From Gekko japonicus (Eukaryota): a DNA stretch of 64,000 bases. Of the stretch, positions 37,594 through 48,895 are shown in pieces. The stretch is from the NCBI RefSeq assembly GCF_001447785.1, contig NW_015163678.1, forward strand, positions 143,410 through 207,409. Direction: 5' to 3'. Position 1 is the stretch's first letter, and each line of letters opens with the position of its first letter. The notes beneath the pieces were generated by a model. It had not been told where the DNA came from and ran no database searches. It saw nothing but the letters and a program-made list of their open reading frames with translations. Both the position numbers and the translations under genes were made by a program.

Positions 37594-38757
37594 ATGGCCA
37601 CCGGAGGCAGTGGCCCTAGAAAAAGCTCGCTAACTTCACCTGGCCAGGCTAGCGGCCAAACCCAATTAAAGTTTGGAACAATGAGCTCAGGACAGACACA
37701 AAGTAAAGAAATGAAAAGTCTAATCAAAGACATAGTAGAACAAACTACCAAACATATTTTAGACTCTGCATTACCGGATCTATTTAAAAAAGAAATTGAA
37801 CCTTTACAAGCATCAATGAGTGAAATGATAAAACAGGGTTTAGAACCAATACAAAAAAATATATCTGAAATTTCACAACAAATGAAAACAGATAGGGAAG
37901 AAATAAAAGCAGATATGGAGGAAATTAAAAAGCAAATAATTGAAAACAAGCAAGAAATTATGAAATTAGCTACAGATAATGCAGGCCTAGAAGACAAACT
38001 CCAAGAGCTAGATCAAGAAGTCTATGATCTAAAACACACCACAGGCAAGTTGGAGGAAACCTTGATGAATTTGGAACTAGACAAGGCAGCCTTGGTCATT
38101 AGATGCCAGAATGTTCCAGAAACTATAGAAAAAAACCTAAAAGAAGAACTCATAGAAAATATATCTCAACAACTAAAAGTAGGTACTTATGAAGAAATAG
38201 AAAAAGAAGTAGAGGCAATTTATAGAAAAAACACAGCCTTCTCAAGAAGAAATAAAACCCCAAGAGAGGTACAAATAAAATTTAGTAGACGACAGATGAG
38301 AGATAAAATCTTGAAGGCCTCTAACGAAACAACGATTAAGATAAACGAAACAGAGATAAAAATTTTGAAAGACGTACCGTGGAGAATTAGAGAGAAAAGG
38401 CAAACATACTATACTTTGACAGATTTATTAAGAACAAACAATATTCCCTATAGATGGCTCCTTCCAGAAGGAATACTATTTACACTCAAGGGGAAAAGAT
38501 TTAAAATAGACTCCATATTTAAAGTGCAATTTTTTTTGGAAAATCATGGAGAAGACCTTGGTTGGCAAGGAGAAAGAGAGGAGGAAAGTGGAAAATCTAG
38601 TGAATCAGGTGAAGATGAAAATGAACCCAAAGAAGAACAAGGAAAGGAAACTCAGAAAAAAGATAAACGGAGAAGAGCTTATCCTGTGCCATTACATGTG
38701 GTTACGAGATACAGAGCGAGGTTAAACAAGACAACCAACCATTATGGAAAAAAGTAA
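37594..38757 (+). CDS. L1 ORF1p (387 aa; coiled coil, RRM/CTD-like region, acidic tail)
   Basis: Intact ORF with heptad-rich N-half, PREVQIKF / ILKDVPW / YRWLLPEG motifs typical of non-mammalian L1 ORF1; overlaps ORF2 by 14 nt. Confidence 0.9.
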   Translation: MATGGSGPRKSSLTSPGQASGQTQLKFGTMSSGQTQSKEMKSLIKDIVEQTTKHILDSALPDLFKKEIEPLQASMSEMIKQGLEPIQKNISEISQQMKTDREEIKADMEEIKKQIIENKQEIMKLATDNAGLEDKLQELDQEVYDLKHTTGKLEETLMNLELDKAALVIRCQNVPETIEKNLKEELIENISQQLKVGTYEEIEKEVEAIYRKNTAFSRRNKTPREVQIKFSRRQMRDKILKASNETTIKINETEIKILKDVPWRIREKRQTYYTLTDLLRTNNIPYRWLLPEGILFTLKGKRFKIDSIFKVQFFLENHGEDLGWQGEREEESGKSSESGEDENEPKEEQGKETQKKDKRRRAYPVPLHVVTRYRARLNKTTNHYGKK

Positions 38758-41434
38758 GAAGATCGATATCCTAACAATAAACGTTAATGGCCTAAATAGC
38801 CCTCAAAAACGGAGGCGAATTTATCACCAAATAAATAAATTAAAAGCTGAAATCATATGCCTACAGGAAACACATATACGAGAAGAAGATGCTAAATACT
38901 TAAACTCAAAAAAATTGGGGAAACTATTCTATGCAGCAGATAAAAAGAAAAAGAAAAAAGGAGTAGCCATATACGTCAAAGAACGTTGTAACCCAGAACT
39001 GGCCTTTACATCACCAGATGGTAGAATAATAGCAATAACTATAATTAGGAAAAACAAAAAAATGATGATAGTAAACATATATGCACCCAATCAGAATCAA
39101 GAAAAATTCTACAAATCCTTAAAAGAACTAATATCATTACAGTCTTTCGATGAACTCTGTGTAGTTGGTGACTTCAACGCAGTTTTTGAAACAAAAATAG
39201 ATAGGAGAAATACAGGGAAAAATAAAAAATGGGGTAATATACTTCCCAAATCCTTTTTAGAATTGGCTGAAGAACAAAACCTTGCAGATATCTGGAGAGT
39301 GAAAAATCTATATAAGAAGGACTTTACATTCTTTTCAAATAGACATAAATCATGGTCAAGAATCGACATGATTTGGGTATCAATCTCTCTAATTAACGAA
39401 GTACAAGATATAGAAATACTACCGTCTACATTCGCAGATCATAACACAATTAAGATGTCCGTACTAGGAACGTATAAGAAATTAAGATGGCATTTAAATA
39501 AAAGACTGATGAACAAAGAAAAATTTGTCAAAAAAACTAAAAACCACCTTAAAGAGTTCTTTGAAAATAACATCCAACCTGAATCGTCAATTCTAACAAC
39601 TTGGGATACCTTTAAAGCCTATTTGAGGGGTTTATTTATAACGGAAGACGCATGGGAGAAAAAACAGCGTAAAAATGAGTATACAAAATTAGTAAATTCA
39701 ATAAAGGAAGAAGAAGACAAAATGAAAGAAGGCAGATATAATGAACATCTCAAATCCAAACTGAATCTGCAACAACATAAATTAAATCTGATATTAACAC
39801 AGGAATTAGCCAGAAAACTGGAATATACAAAACAATATTTCTTCGAATATGCCAACAAACCCTCAAGATGGCTGGCATACAAATTAAAAAAGGAACAGGC
39901 GAAAAAATTGATTAAAATACTTAGAGATGAGAAACAAACGGAGAAAAATCTCAATAGTGAACTCAAAGAAATAGTTGAAAAATACTATGGGAAATTATAT
40001 CATCAAGAACCTCTTAATCCGCAGAAAATTAAAGACTACATAACAAGATGGAATAATAAGAAATTTGATGAAAATCAAAAGCGAATATTAAATAGCCCAA
40101 TATCAGTCACGGAAGTAATTGGAGCAATTAGAAATCAGAAGAAAAACAAAGCCCCAGGACCTGATAGTATACCAATAGAAGTATACCATAAATTTGAAGA
40201 ACAACTTTTGCTCCCACTTAAAGATGTTATATACGAGATTATACAAGGGGGAGTAATGCCCCAATCTTGGAAGGAAGCATCGATTACTCTAATACATAAA
40301 CCAAATACAGACACAAAAGAAATCCAAAACTACAGACCAATCTCATTACTTAATGCCGATTATAAAATCTACGCAGCAATAGTCACATCCAGATTGAAAA
40401 AGGTATTAATAGAAATAATCCACCAAGACCAAACAGGATTTCTCCCAAAAAGACAAATGAAAAGCAATATAAGGGTGATTATGAATGTGTTGGAATATTA
40501 CGAACAACAGCCTGGGAAACAACTGGCGCTAATCTTTTTAGACGCCGAAAAGGCATTTGATAGAGTTAATTGGAACTTCATACTACAAAAACTAGCAAGT
40601 TGGGACTGTGGAGAAACCTTTTACACCATGGTTCGAGCGATCTATTCAGAACAATTTGCAAAAGTAATAGTGAATGGTGAATCAACACAAAGTGTTCCAA
40701 TTCAAAAAGGCACGAGACAAGGCTGTCCGTTGTCACCTTTATTATTTATCTTTACATTAGAAACTTTAACAGACTTAATAAGAGCCAACAATTTAATAAA
40801 AGGTCTGAAGATCAAAGACCAAGTCTATAAGTTGCAAGCATTTGCTGATGATTTGGCCTTCATTGTTGAGGAGCCGATGGAATCCATTCCAGTTTTGATG
40901 AAAGTAATCGAGAGTTATGGAGAAGTAGCAGGTCTAAAAATAAATTATAAGAAAACAAATATGTTAACCAAAAACTGTACATTACCTCAAATCGAACAAT
41001 TAGAAAAGTTGACTCATATAAACACGGTCACTAAAGTCAAATACTTGGGGATAATCATGTCTAAAAGAAATAATACATTAATTGAAGATAATTATGTTAA
41101 ACTACTAAAAGAAATAAGAAAAGACCTGGAAACATGGGAGAAATTACACTTATCCTTTATGGGAAAAATTGCGGCACTAAAGATGAATGTATTACCGAAA
41201 TTTTTGTTCCTAGCACAGAATATCCCAGTTCTGAGAAATCTTAAAATATTCAATGAATTAGATAAGATTTGTAGAAAGTTCATATGGGCGAATAAACCAG
41301 CACGTATTAAATGGAAGGTATTGCAGGACCAAAAAGAAAGGGGAGGCTTAGGAATCCCCAACTGGAAACTTTATTATACAGCGGCAGCAATGACTTGGAT
41401 AAAAGATTGGGTTACTATGAGAAGAATGACTTAG
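38744..41434 (+). CDS. L1 ORF2p N-terminal part (APE endonuclease + reverse transcriptase), truncated by a frameshift
   Basis: INVNGLN, LQETH, GDFN, SRIDMIW and ADH (APE); NYRPISLLN, LDAEKAFD, GTRQGCPLSP, FADD and YLGI (RT). Confidence 0.93.
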   Translation: MEKSKKIDILTINVNGLNSPQKRRRIYHQINKLKAEIICLQETHIREEDAKYLNSKKLGKLFYAADKKKKKKGVAIYVKERCNPELAFTSPDGRIIAITIIRKNKKMMIVNIYAPNQNQEKFYKSLKELISLQSFDELCVVGDFNAVFETKIDRRNTGKNKKWGNILPKSFLELAEEQNLADIWRVKNLYKKDFTFFSNRHKSWSRIDMIWVSISLINEVQDIEILPSTFADHNTIKMSVLGTYKKLRWHLNKRLMNKEKFVKKTKNHLKEFFENNIQPESSILTTWDTFKAYLRGLFITEDAWEKKQRKNEYTKLVNSIKEEEDKMKEGRYNEHLKSKLNLQQHKLNLILTQELARKLEYTKQYFFEYANKPSRWLAYKLKKEQAKKLIKILRDEKQTEKNLNSELKEIVEKYYGKLYHQEPLNPQKIKDYITRWNNKKFDENQKRILNSPISVTEVIGAIRNQKKNKAPGPDSIPIEVYHKFEEQLLLPLKDVIYEIIQGGVMPQSWKEASITLIHKPNTDTKEIQNYRPISLLNADYKIYAAIVTSRLKKVLIEIIHQDQTGFLPKRQMKSNIRVIMNVLEYYEQQPGKQLALIFLDAEKAFDRVNWNFILQKLASWDCGETFYTMVRAIYSEQFAKVIVNGESTQSVPIQKGTRQGCPLSPLLFIFTLETLTDLIRANNLIKGLKIKDQVYKLQAFADDLAFIVEEPMESIPVLMKVIESYGEVAGLKINYKKTNMLTKNCTLPQIEQLEKLTHINTVTKVKYLGIIMSKRNNTLIEDNYVKLLKEIRKDLETWEKLHLSFMGKIAALKMNVLPKFLFLAQNIPVLRNLKIFNELDKICRKFIWANKPARIKWKVLQDQKERGGLGIPNWKLYYTAAAMTWIKDWVTMRRMT

Positions 41435-42093
41435 ACAAATTATGGCTTTCTACAAATGACAAATTAATACAGAAACTGTATAAATTACTTCTGGTAAACT
41501 ATGAGCTAGATGAGGAGGTAAAAAGCTGTATGATCACTTGGATGCAAGATTTTGGTTACATCATTGAAGATTGGTCCAAAGTATGGGTCGCTGCAAAATA
41601 CCTGAGATCTATTCCCTATAAGGAAAATCTATTTAAAATGTGCCATCGCTGGCATTGGTCACCGGACAAACTAGCAAAATGCTATCCAACTTTGTCAAAA
41701 AATTGTTGGAAGTGTAAAAATAACGTAGGCACCTTCTACCACATGTGGTGGAGGTGCACTGAGACCCAAAGATATTGGCATAAAGTACACAAAATGTTAG
41801 GTGACATACTAGAAATTGAGATACCATATACACCAGAATTTTTTCTGTTAAATGTAATGCCAGAAAAATATAAGAAGGAAGAAAAATATGTTATAGGATA
41901 TATTGTCACTGCAGCACGTATTTTGTTTGCCAAGAATTGGAAACAAGGGGGAATACCGTGTAAAAAAGATTTAATCTTTAAAATACAGGAAGTGATTGAA
42001 ATGGACAAGTTAACCACATTGTTACAATACAATGATACAATGATATTTTCTAATAGGTGGGGAAAGTTTTACAAATGGTTTAAGAAGATGTAA
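41416..42093 (+). pseudogene. L1 ORF2p C-terminal part (CCHC zinc knuckle), out of frame with the upstream part
   Basis: CWKCKNNVGTFYHMWWRC; homologous to the fragment at 331-920; frame change at ~41416-41423. Confidence 0.85.
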
Positions 42094-42198
42094 GAAACTA
42101 AACGAGATGTTGTGGAATTCTGTAATGGTTATATCAAGTTGTAGAACATATATGCATGATGTAATGCATTTTAAAACTGAAATAAATATATATTTAGG

Positions 42199-42363
42199 AA
42201 GGATTATTATTTTTTTGTTGCAGGAGGCCACAGGTGGAAGGGAGAGAAGGGAAAGCACATTGCATGGCCTTACCTCCACTCTCACTGTTTTGGATCAAAT
42301 CTGTTGTGTTTCTCTTCTGTACAATTACAGTAAAAGTTTTTTCTATTTTTTGTTCATTCAGTG
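42199..42363 (+). repeat. 165-bp direct repeat, right copy
   Basis: Matches 36138-36302. Confidence 0.93.
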
Positions 42364-43361
42364 AACAAATAAATTAAACGAGTGAGATAATTTATGTTTT
42401 TATATATCATTACTCCATTGCTAAAAAGAGAACACATTTCAGAAGTGTGACGTTCGGGGGGGGGGGGGGGTTGTTACTTAAAAAGAAAAAATGTAGACAC
42501 TATCAATGTTTCCAGGCAGGGCTTTCTTGTCCACTGAAATTAAGTAGAATTTACCTGTAGTTTTACTATGGTATAAGCAAGAGTGAACCCCACCCCCCCA
42601 AACAGAAATGATGCAGAAGAATACATCAGAACTGGAAAGAAAAGCAAACTTTCCCCAAACTGATGCAGAACTTCAGAAACTTCTGTCTGAAAAGGAATCT
42701 CTCATGAAGGCAGCTCTCAAGAGAACTGTCAGAAGTTCAAAAACTTCTACATGTCAGATGATCCAACAAAAATGTAATCACTTCACCAGGGAAAAGAAAA
42801 AAGTTCGAAACATGAAAAGCAAATGTTGCAGCTTGAAAGAGAAGAGACCCTGTTAAAATAATTAGTATGCAGAGGGAACAGAATATTTAATACAAAGAAA
42901 GCAGCCTAGCGTTTCATCCTTATGTTTTTGGTAATCTTACAAAATGTATAGCATTAGAAAGCTTTCAGGCGCTACTAAAGTTCTGGCGTCAGAATCAGCC
43001 ACGTGCCAGTTTGTCTTCAAATGCACAATATGGATGAAATTATAATTGTGTTACAATACAGCAAGTAAAACTCCCCACTTTTCTCAGGTCCATTTGCCTT
43101 GAATGTAAGAGTGGAAAGGCAGGCAGGACCTGAATGTTCTGGATAACAAGGGGTGATGCAAGGCCAATATGTCTCACTTCCCTTTTTCAGCTGCTGCTGT
43201 GCTCCACAAAGAACTGAGCCCTACACTCCAGTTATAACCTCAGAAACATCTTCTCTTCCTCCTCCAGGTCATCACTTGATTTCTTAGTCTGTGAACCCAG
43301 GCATCAGCTGTTATTTCCCACTCTGGTTGCTGGCATGGTAATTTTTGGTGGACCTATAAGG

Positions 43362-43510
43362 CTTGGTTGCCCTGACCTGGATAGCCCAGGCTAGCCCAGA
43401 ATCTCAGAATTGAAGCAGGGTTGGCCTTGGTGAGTAGTTGGATGGCAGACCATCAAGGAATACCAGGGTCACTACCCAAAGGCAGGCAATGGCACATCTG
43501 AATGTCGCCA
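43362..43510 (+). mobile_element. 5S rRNA-derived SINE head (related minus-strand copies ~8130-8310 and ~59990-60180)
   Basis: ATCTCAGAATTGAAGCAGGGTTGGCCTTGGTGAGTAGTTGGATGGCAGACC resembles 5S box A/C but is diverged and followed by a SINE body. Confidence 0.6.
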
Positions 43511-43564
43511 TAAATTAGCTGAAACTTGACGGGGGTAGGTGGGTGGGGGAGAAAGGCTTGGAAC

Positions 43565-43776
43565 CAGGGCCGGCTCACTCACTAGGCGAACTAGGCGATC
43601 GCCTAGAGCGGGTCGGCCCTTAGGGGCACCAAACCGGCCCTTACTCTGGGAGTTTCTTGATTATTTGTGTTTTTCATTCTTCCTAAAATGCATTTATTTT
43701 TGAAAATTGGTGGGCGCAGGGGGGGGTGCAGAAAGGATCCTCGCCTAGGGTGCAAAATAAGCTGGAGCCGGCCCTG
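43565..43776. mobile_element. hAT (Tip100-like ends) MITE (212 bp)
   Basis: Perfect 11-bp TIR CAGGGCCGGCT / AGCCGGCCCTG; perfect 8-bp TSD CTTGGAAC. Confidence 0.9.
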
Positions 43777-45580
43777 CTTGGAACTCAGCACAAAACTTAG
43801 TGGTCTCCCTAAAACAACTTTGCTCCTTTGTGTCCTAGCAACTGCCCCCCCCCCCCCAGCTTGGTTCAGGGAAGGGGTTGTGTTTGGCTAGCCAGGCTTG
43901 GCTGTTCAAGTACACATTCTCCATTTGGCAACATCTGGATTTTAATCCTTCCAGCCTGCATGCAGCAGCCATTTGTGCTGGCCCTTTATGCAGCACATTT
44001 CCTTGTTGCTTGATTTGCTTTGCTTCTCCAGTTTGATCCCTTAACTAACCCCCCCCAGACTTTACTGTATATCCTTCCAGAGATTTGTTCGTGTGCTATA
44101 TGTGGTTACTTCTGGTAGCTACTTAAATCTCACCCTCAGTTTTCATAAGGATATAAGGGGGCACTTCTCATTTCCAAGCTGTTAACAATGTAGGTATGGT
44201 CTTTGCTGTCCAGGATTTGGGATTTTAAAAAATAGGAGTCTGTCTAATGCAATCAATGTTGATTTTTTTATTGTCTCACTTCATGGGAGTGACACCAGCC
44301 TGTCAACACTTGAGCCATCTGTCAGCTCATAAGGGTCGAATTCTCCTAGTAATTAGCGGTCTGGCCTGTGGGAGGCACACAGAAATTCACTCACAGCCAT
44401 ACAGCCATCATGATAGGGGGAAAAATGAGATAAACTGGAGTGACAGCTGACAGAGTAGATAACCAAGCCATCAAGTAATGCCCATTATGCTAAACCAATG
44501 TTTGCTCAATCAAATCCCTAAGCAGAAGAAGTACGAAACAGTTTTCTAAATGAGATATATGAAGGAACAATGACAGAGGATGTGGTAGCAACCACATGGC
44601 AATGGTTAAAGTTGGCTTCCTTGAAGCAGTAGTCACCCTGGCATTATTTCTTATACTTGTATAAGTTGCCATGTGAAATTGATCTATGGACTTTCATGAA
44701 GCCACTTCAAAGTTTAACTGGGGTTTAGATGTATAAACACAACCCTCTAGCCATGGCAACATACTGTCCCTGGAAGCTATCTGTTGCTGAGCTGCACAAA
44801 TGTGCATTACCCATATATATGCTGGCTTCCATTGGAGCTTTACTAGTATCAGCCCACTATTTTATCAAATCATTTATGCCCCACATTTCCCCCCAATTTG
44901 GCTTACATCATTTTCTTATCCTCCATGGTCCAGGGAAGTTGCTTTGTCACAGAGGAGATATTTTTCATCCTCTCTGTCTGTGCTGCTTGAACTTTCCTGG
45001 CTTCTTGTAAATAAACCTTTGCTTCCATTGCAAATAGCAGAACAGAGCGATATTGCGGAACTCATCTGTGCCAGGATGTTCAGATTCCCTTCAATTTTGG
45101 CACTGCAACTTGCAAGATCGTCTTAAAGCTGGTGGTCAGTTCTGCGACTCCAGGCTTATTTTCTGCTTAATTATGCCTGCCACAAGCAGACAACTTTAGT
45201 TTCCATTATAGATAGCATGGGTGATGTTGAGGGGTTTCTGGATATAATTTGGGTCAGTATGTTCTGATTCCATTCAATTTTGGCACTGCAAGTCCCACAG
45301 TTGTCCTGAAACTGGTGGTCAATTTTCAAACCTCTAGCTTTATTTTGTGATGAGTTATGCCTGCCATGGACAACCTTAGTTTCCAATGCAAATAGCAAGG
45401 AGGAGTGGCTTCTACAGATGACCTGGACCAGGAAGTTCCCATTCCTTTTTTGGCACTGAACACCCATGATCATCCCATGAAGGCAGTGGCCAATTTTATG
45501 GCTCCTGGCTTTATTTTCAGTAGAGTTATACTGATATGAAGAAATGCCCATTACTTAGGGGCTATATCTCAATAATTTAA

Positions 45581-46328
45581 TGTTTGGGCTTGCAAAACTT
45601 AGTTTTAAACATTTTTTCCCCCATTAGCAGAAGACAGGAGGAAAAGATGATGATTGCTTCTATAACCCATCCTGTCATTTGTTCTGGCAAGTACCCAGGC
45701 ATCAAAGCTTTATAAATGCAAATAGCTTCCCCAGCTGAAGACAATGAATTGTCCAGCTCATACCTCACCTGGAATCTGACACTTAGAAGGTGACAGAGCT
45801 TTGGGATGTGGGAGGCTAAATCCTATTTCTTCCAGGAAAGAACAGGATGTAAAAGACTGATCCAGGATGTGGGGGAGGGACTAACAGAGGAGTTAAATTC
45901 CCTGGACACAAGGTGAACAAAGTCAGTTGGGCTGATTTCATCTGGAAGAAGGAGCTTACACACTTGATGTAATCTTGATGATCACCATAACTACATGGAG
46001 CTAAAAAAGGTCAGGCAGCCTGGACAAAAATTCCAAAGTAATCACTGTGCCTGGCGCAGGTGCAGTGGAGGTGAGGGAGAGGAGTAGCTGGCATCCTCCC
46101 GGGGTGGGGTGGAAGGTGTTGCAGATTCAGGAGGGGACACTGCTGCAGGGCCCCCACCTAGCTACAGCCCTGGACAGAGGACTTTTAAGTTGCACCTTTT
46201 ATTTTTATTCTTTTCTCAATCCATTGCTGCAGTGTATGTGTGTGAACTTTTCTTTTTCAATAAATCCTTTACTGTTTTAGATGTTAGTAGGTGCTCTCTG
46301 TACCACATAAACCTCCACCGTTTGAACA
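45581..46328 (+). mobile_element. Possible solo LTR inserted into the 180-bp array
   Basis: TGTT...AACA ends, near-TSD TTTAA/TTTAT, AATAAA at ~46259. Confidence 0.4.
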
Positions 46329-46877
46329 TTTATTTATTTATTTTATTTATTTATATTTAGATTTATACCCCGCCCTACCCCGTAGGCTATCTAAAATAGG
46401 AGTATGTAAGCACAGTAAGCCATACCTGAAGTAAACATACATTGGGTAGTAGAAGACACAGGCGGAGCCTTTGAACAGCACTGAGGAAGGGAAGGTAGGC
46501 GTGCTGATCTTCTTGGCAGGACTTTCCAAAATTGACCAGCTGGTGGCAGTGTACTGAAGGAGAGGTGTGAGAACATCAAGAATTGGGTAGACTCGGGAGA
46601 GCAGCACATTGCTGGGCTGCAACCCTCCTGCCAGTTCCTAGGCACTTCCTCCTCTGTTGTCCGGCAATCATTTGTAAATCCGGGAGATCTCCAGGCCCCA
46701 CCTGGAAGCTGGCAGGCTTAAACCTGAGCCTGGATGTCCCAATTCCCTTCAGTGTTGCTACTGCACTGCAACTCCCATAATCATTCTCAATTTTCAAATG
46801 CCTAGCTTAATTTTCTGATGTGTTATGCCTGCCAGAGGAAAACCACAGCTTCCATTTTTTAAAAAAAGGGTTGTTGG

Positions 46878-47083
46878 CAATGCTCCCTCTAAGCTATGGA
46901 GTCCTGTGAGCAAAAATTCTCTTTTGTGAGCTCCTGGCATGAAAGTTGTGAGCCAGCTATTTGGCTGCTGCATAAATTAGTTTGCTCTGGAGCCCTCCTT
47001 CCTGAGCCAAGACAAAAATGTGTGAGCCAGAGGCTAAATAACTGTGAGCTAGCTCACACTAACTCAGCTTAGAGGGAACACTG
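46878..47083. mobile_element. hAT-type MITE (206 bp), same family as 30547-30752 in opposite orientation
   Basis: TIR CAATGCTCCCTCTAAGCT / AGCTTAGAGGGAACACTG; 8-bp TSD GTTGTTGG. Confidence 0.88.
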
Positions 47084-48895
47084 GTTGTTGGTGGTTCTGG
47101 AGATTATGTGGGCCAGGATGTTCCAATTCCCTTCATGTTTGGCTCTGTAACTCCCATGATTATCTTGAAATCAGTGGTCAGTTCTGAGGCTTCTAGCTGC
47201 ATTTTTGGATAAGTTATGTCTGCCACAGACGACCTTGGCTTCCACTGCAAATAGCAGGAGGCAGGGAGGTTGAGCCATTTCATATCATATGCTGCCTGGT
47301 CCTTTTAACTGGAGAAGCCAGGAATTGAAGCTGGGACATTCTGCATGCCAAGCAGAGCCTCTTCCAGTGAGCTGCAGCCTTTCCCTGAACTCTTTTCATG
47401 AAGTGTATTTCTCAGGGGCGCATAGACATGCGTACACAGAAAGAAAATGAAAACAATGAGGTCGAAGGGTAATGAAAGGGGAATTTCACTGCATTTGCTA
47501 ACTGAAGGGATATGATTTAGTGGACTCTAGTCCACACAAGCACATGCACCAATAAATACATTAATTTTAAAGTGCAACAAGACTCCTAGCTGATTTTGCT
47601 ATATCAGGTGAATATGACTACTCCCCTGGAATTAAACCCAATCATATCTAGTCATTCTATAGAATGTATTACCTAGAAAACATACATATCGTCAGACTTC
47701 GAAGTGATAGCTGATTAAACTTGCAGTTCTATTTAGGACAGCCAACCTCCAAGTAGGGTTTGGAGATCTCCTAGAATTGCAACTGATCTCCAGGTGACAG
47801 AGATCAGTTCCCCCGGAGAAAATGGCTGCTTTGGAGGGTGGAGTCTGTGGCATCGTACCATGCTGAGCTCCCTTCTCTCCCCAAACCCTGCCATCCTCCA
47901 GGCTCAGCCCCAAGTCTCCAGGAATTTCCCTTCCCAGGCTTGGCAACCCTGATTCTAGTGTTTAATAAATATTTAAATGCTGATTAGTTTAGTAGTCCAA
48001 TTCTTTTTCAGGTATAGGGCTGGGCAGTAGCCGGCGAGTTATATGAATCTTAAAGTCTCTAAGTATTTTTTTTAAAAAATATGTTCAAAAATATGTCTGT
48101 GTGTGCACTGTATAGATTTTGAACATGTTATATTTGTTCTGGGTATATGCATATACATATGTCTCCTCAAGTATGTTCTACTTACCTGAAGATTAAAGGA
48201 CCAGGTACAGTCGGCTTTTTCACTCTATTTTCCTCAGTCCCCCCATCCCATATGCCTTTTGTCCATGCTGGTGCCATGATTCCCCACAAAGCTATTTCAG
48301 GTAGTCAAAGAGGTTGCCTCCTCATTGTGCTAAGCATTCAGTGGGGGAGACTTTGTGCCACGATGGCTGTTTCTCTTCCTTATCCTGAGGCATTTGTTTC
48401 AATTTCGACTGTGATAAATCAGTGATGTATAGAGAAAAAACAAGTTAGTTATCTTGCCAGACATCCTTTATTTGCCAGATGTCCTTCATTATGCTTTAAA
48501 TTATTTTTCCTTATTATGGGTCATAACAATCTGACAGCATATAGTAGATGCTGCTTCTAAGATTGCCTGGTCAAAATCTGAACATTAACATCCCAGTCCC
48601 AAGCATGTTAAACTAGGAGTCAATTTCCATCGAAGTCAATATGTTTTACTTCTAAAACAAGAATAAGATGTGATGCAGGTTGGTGTCGCAACTTGAGTTC
48701 TTGTTAGATCTGAGTCCAGCAGCACCTTCGAGACCCACAAAATTTTTGGGGTATGAGCTTTTGAGAGTCAAAGCTCCTTTTGTCAACTTCGGCTCTCAAA
48801 ACCCATACCCTGAAAATCTTGTTGCTCTCAAGTGCTACTGGACTCAGATCTAGCTATTCTACAGCAGACCAACAAGGCTGCAGGAGTGGTTAGGA

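Larger units (their letters stand above)
36303..42198 (+). mobile_element. 5'-complete L1 LINE (5896 bp) with a ~1.3-kb 5'UTR, ORF1, internally deleted ORF2 and a short 3'UTR
   Basis: Begins GTCCGTTTCCGGT (ETS-like TTCCGG start, as in non-mammalian L1s); CpG-rich UTR; ORF1/ORF2; AATAAA at 42181-42186; bounded by the 165-bp repeat. Confidence 0.93.
45021..47258. repeat. Degenerate ~180-bp tandem array (about 5 units) interrupted by later insertions
   Basis: Units begin at 45021, 45199 and 45379 and resume at ~46730-47258; shared motifs TTCCATTGCAAATAGCA, ATTCCCTTCAATTTTGGCACTGCAA, GTGGTCA and TTATGCCTGCC. Confidence 0.75.

Noticed and set aside
41311-41434. Programmed ribosomal frameshift joining the two ORF2 parts
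   Set aside because: No clear slippery heptamer, and the joined protein is much shorter than typical L1 ORF2, which favours a deletion.
36138-42363. LTR retrotransposon interpretation of the 165-bp repeats
   Set aside because: No TG...CA ends, PBS, PPT, protease or integrase; the internal ORFs are L1-type APE-RT.
42608-42856. 82-aa Lys/Glu-rich ORF as a coiled-coil gene
   Set aside because: No recognisable homology or supporting + strand exon structure; A-rich composition explains it.
43362-43470. 5S rRNA gene
   Set aside because: Too diverged, followed by a SINE body and present as several dispersed copies.
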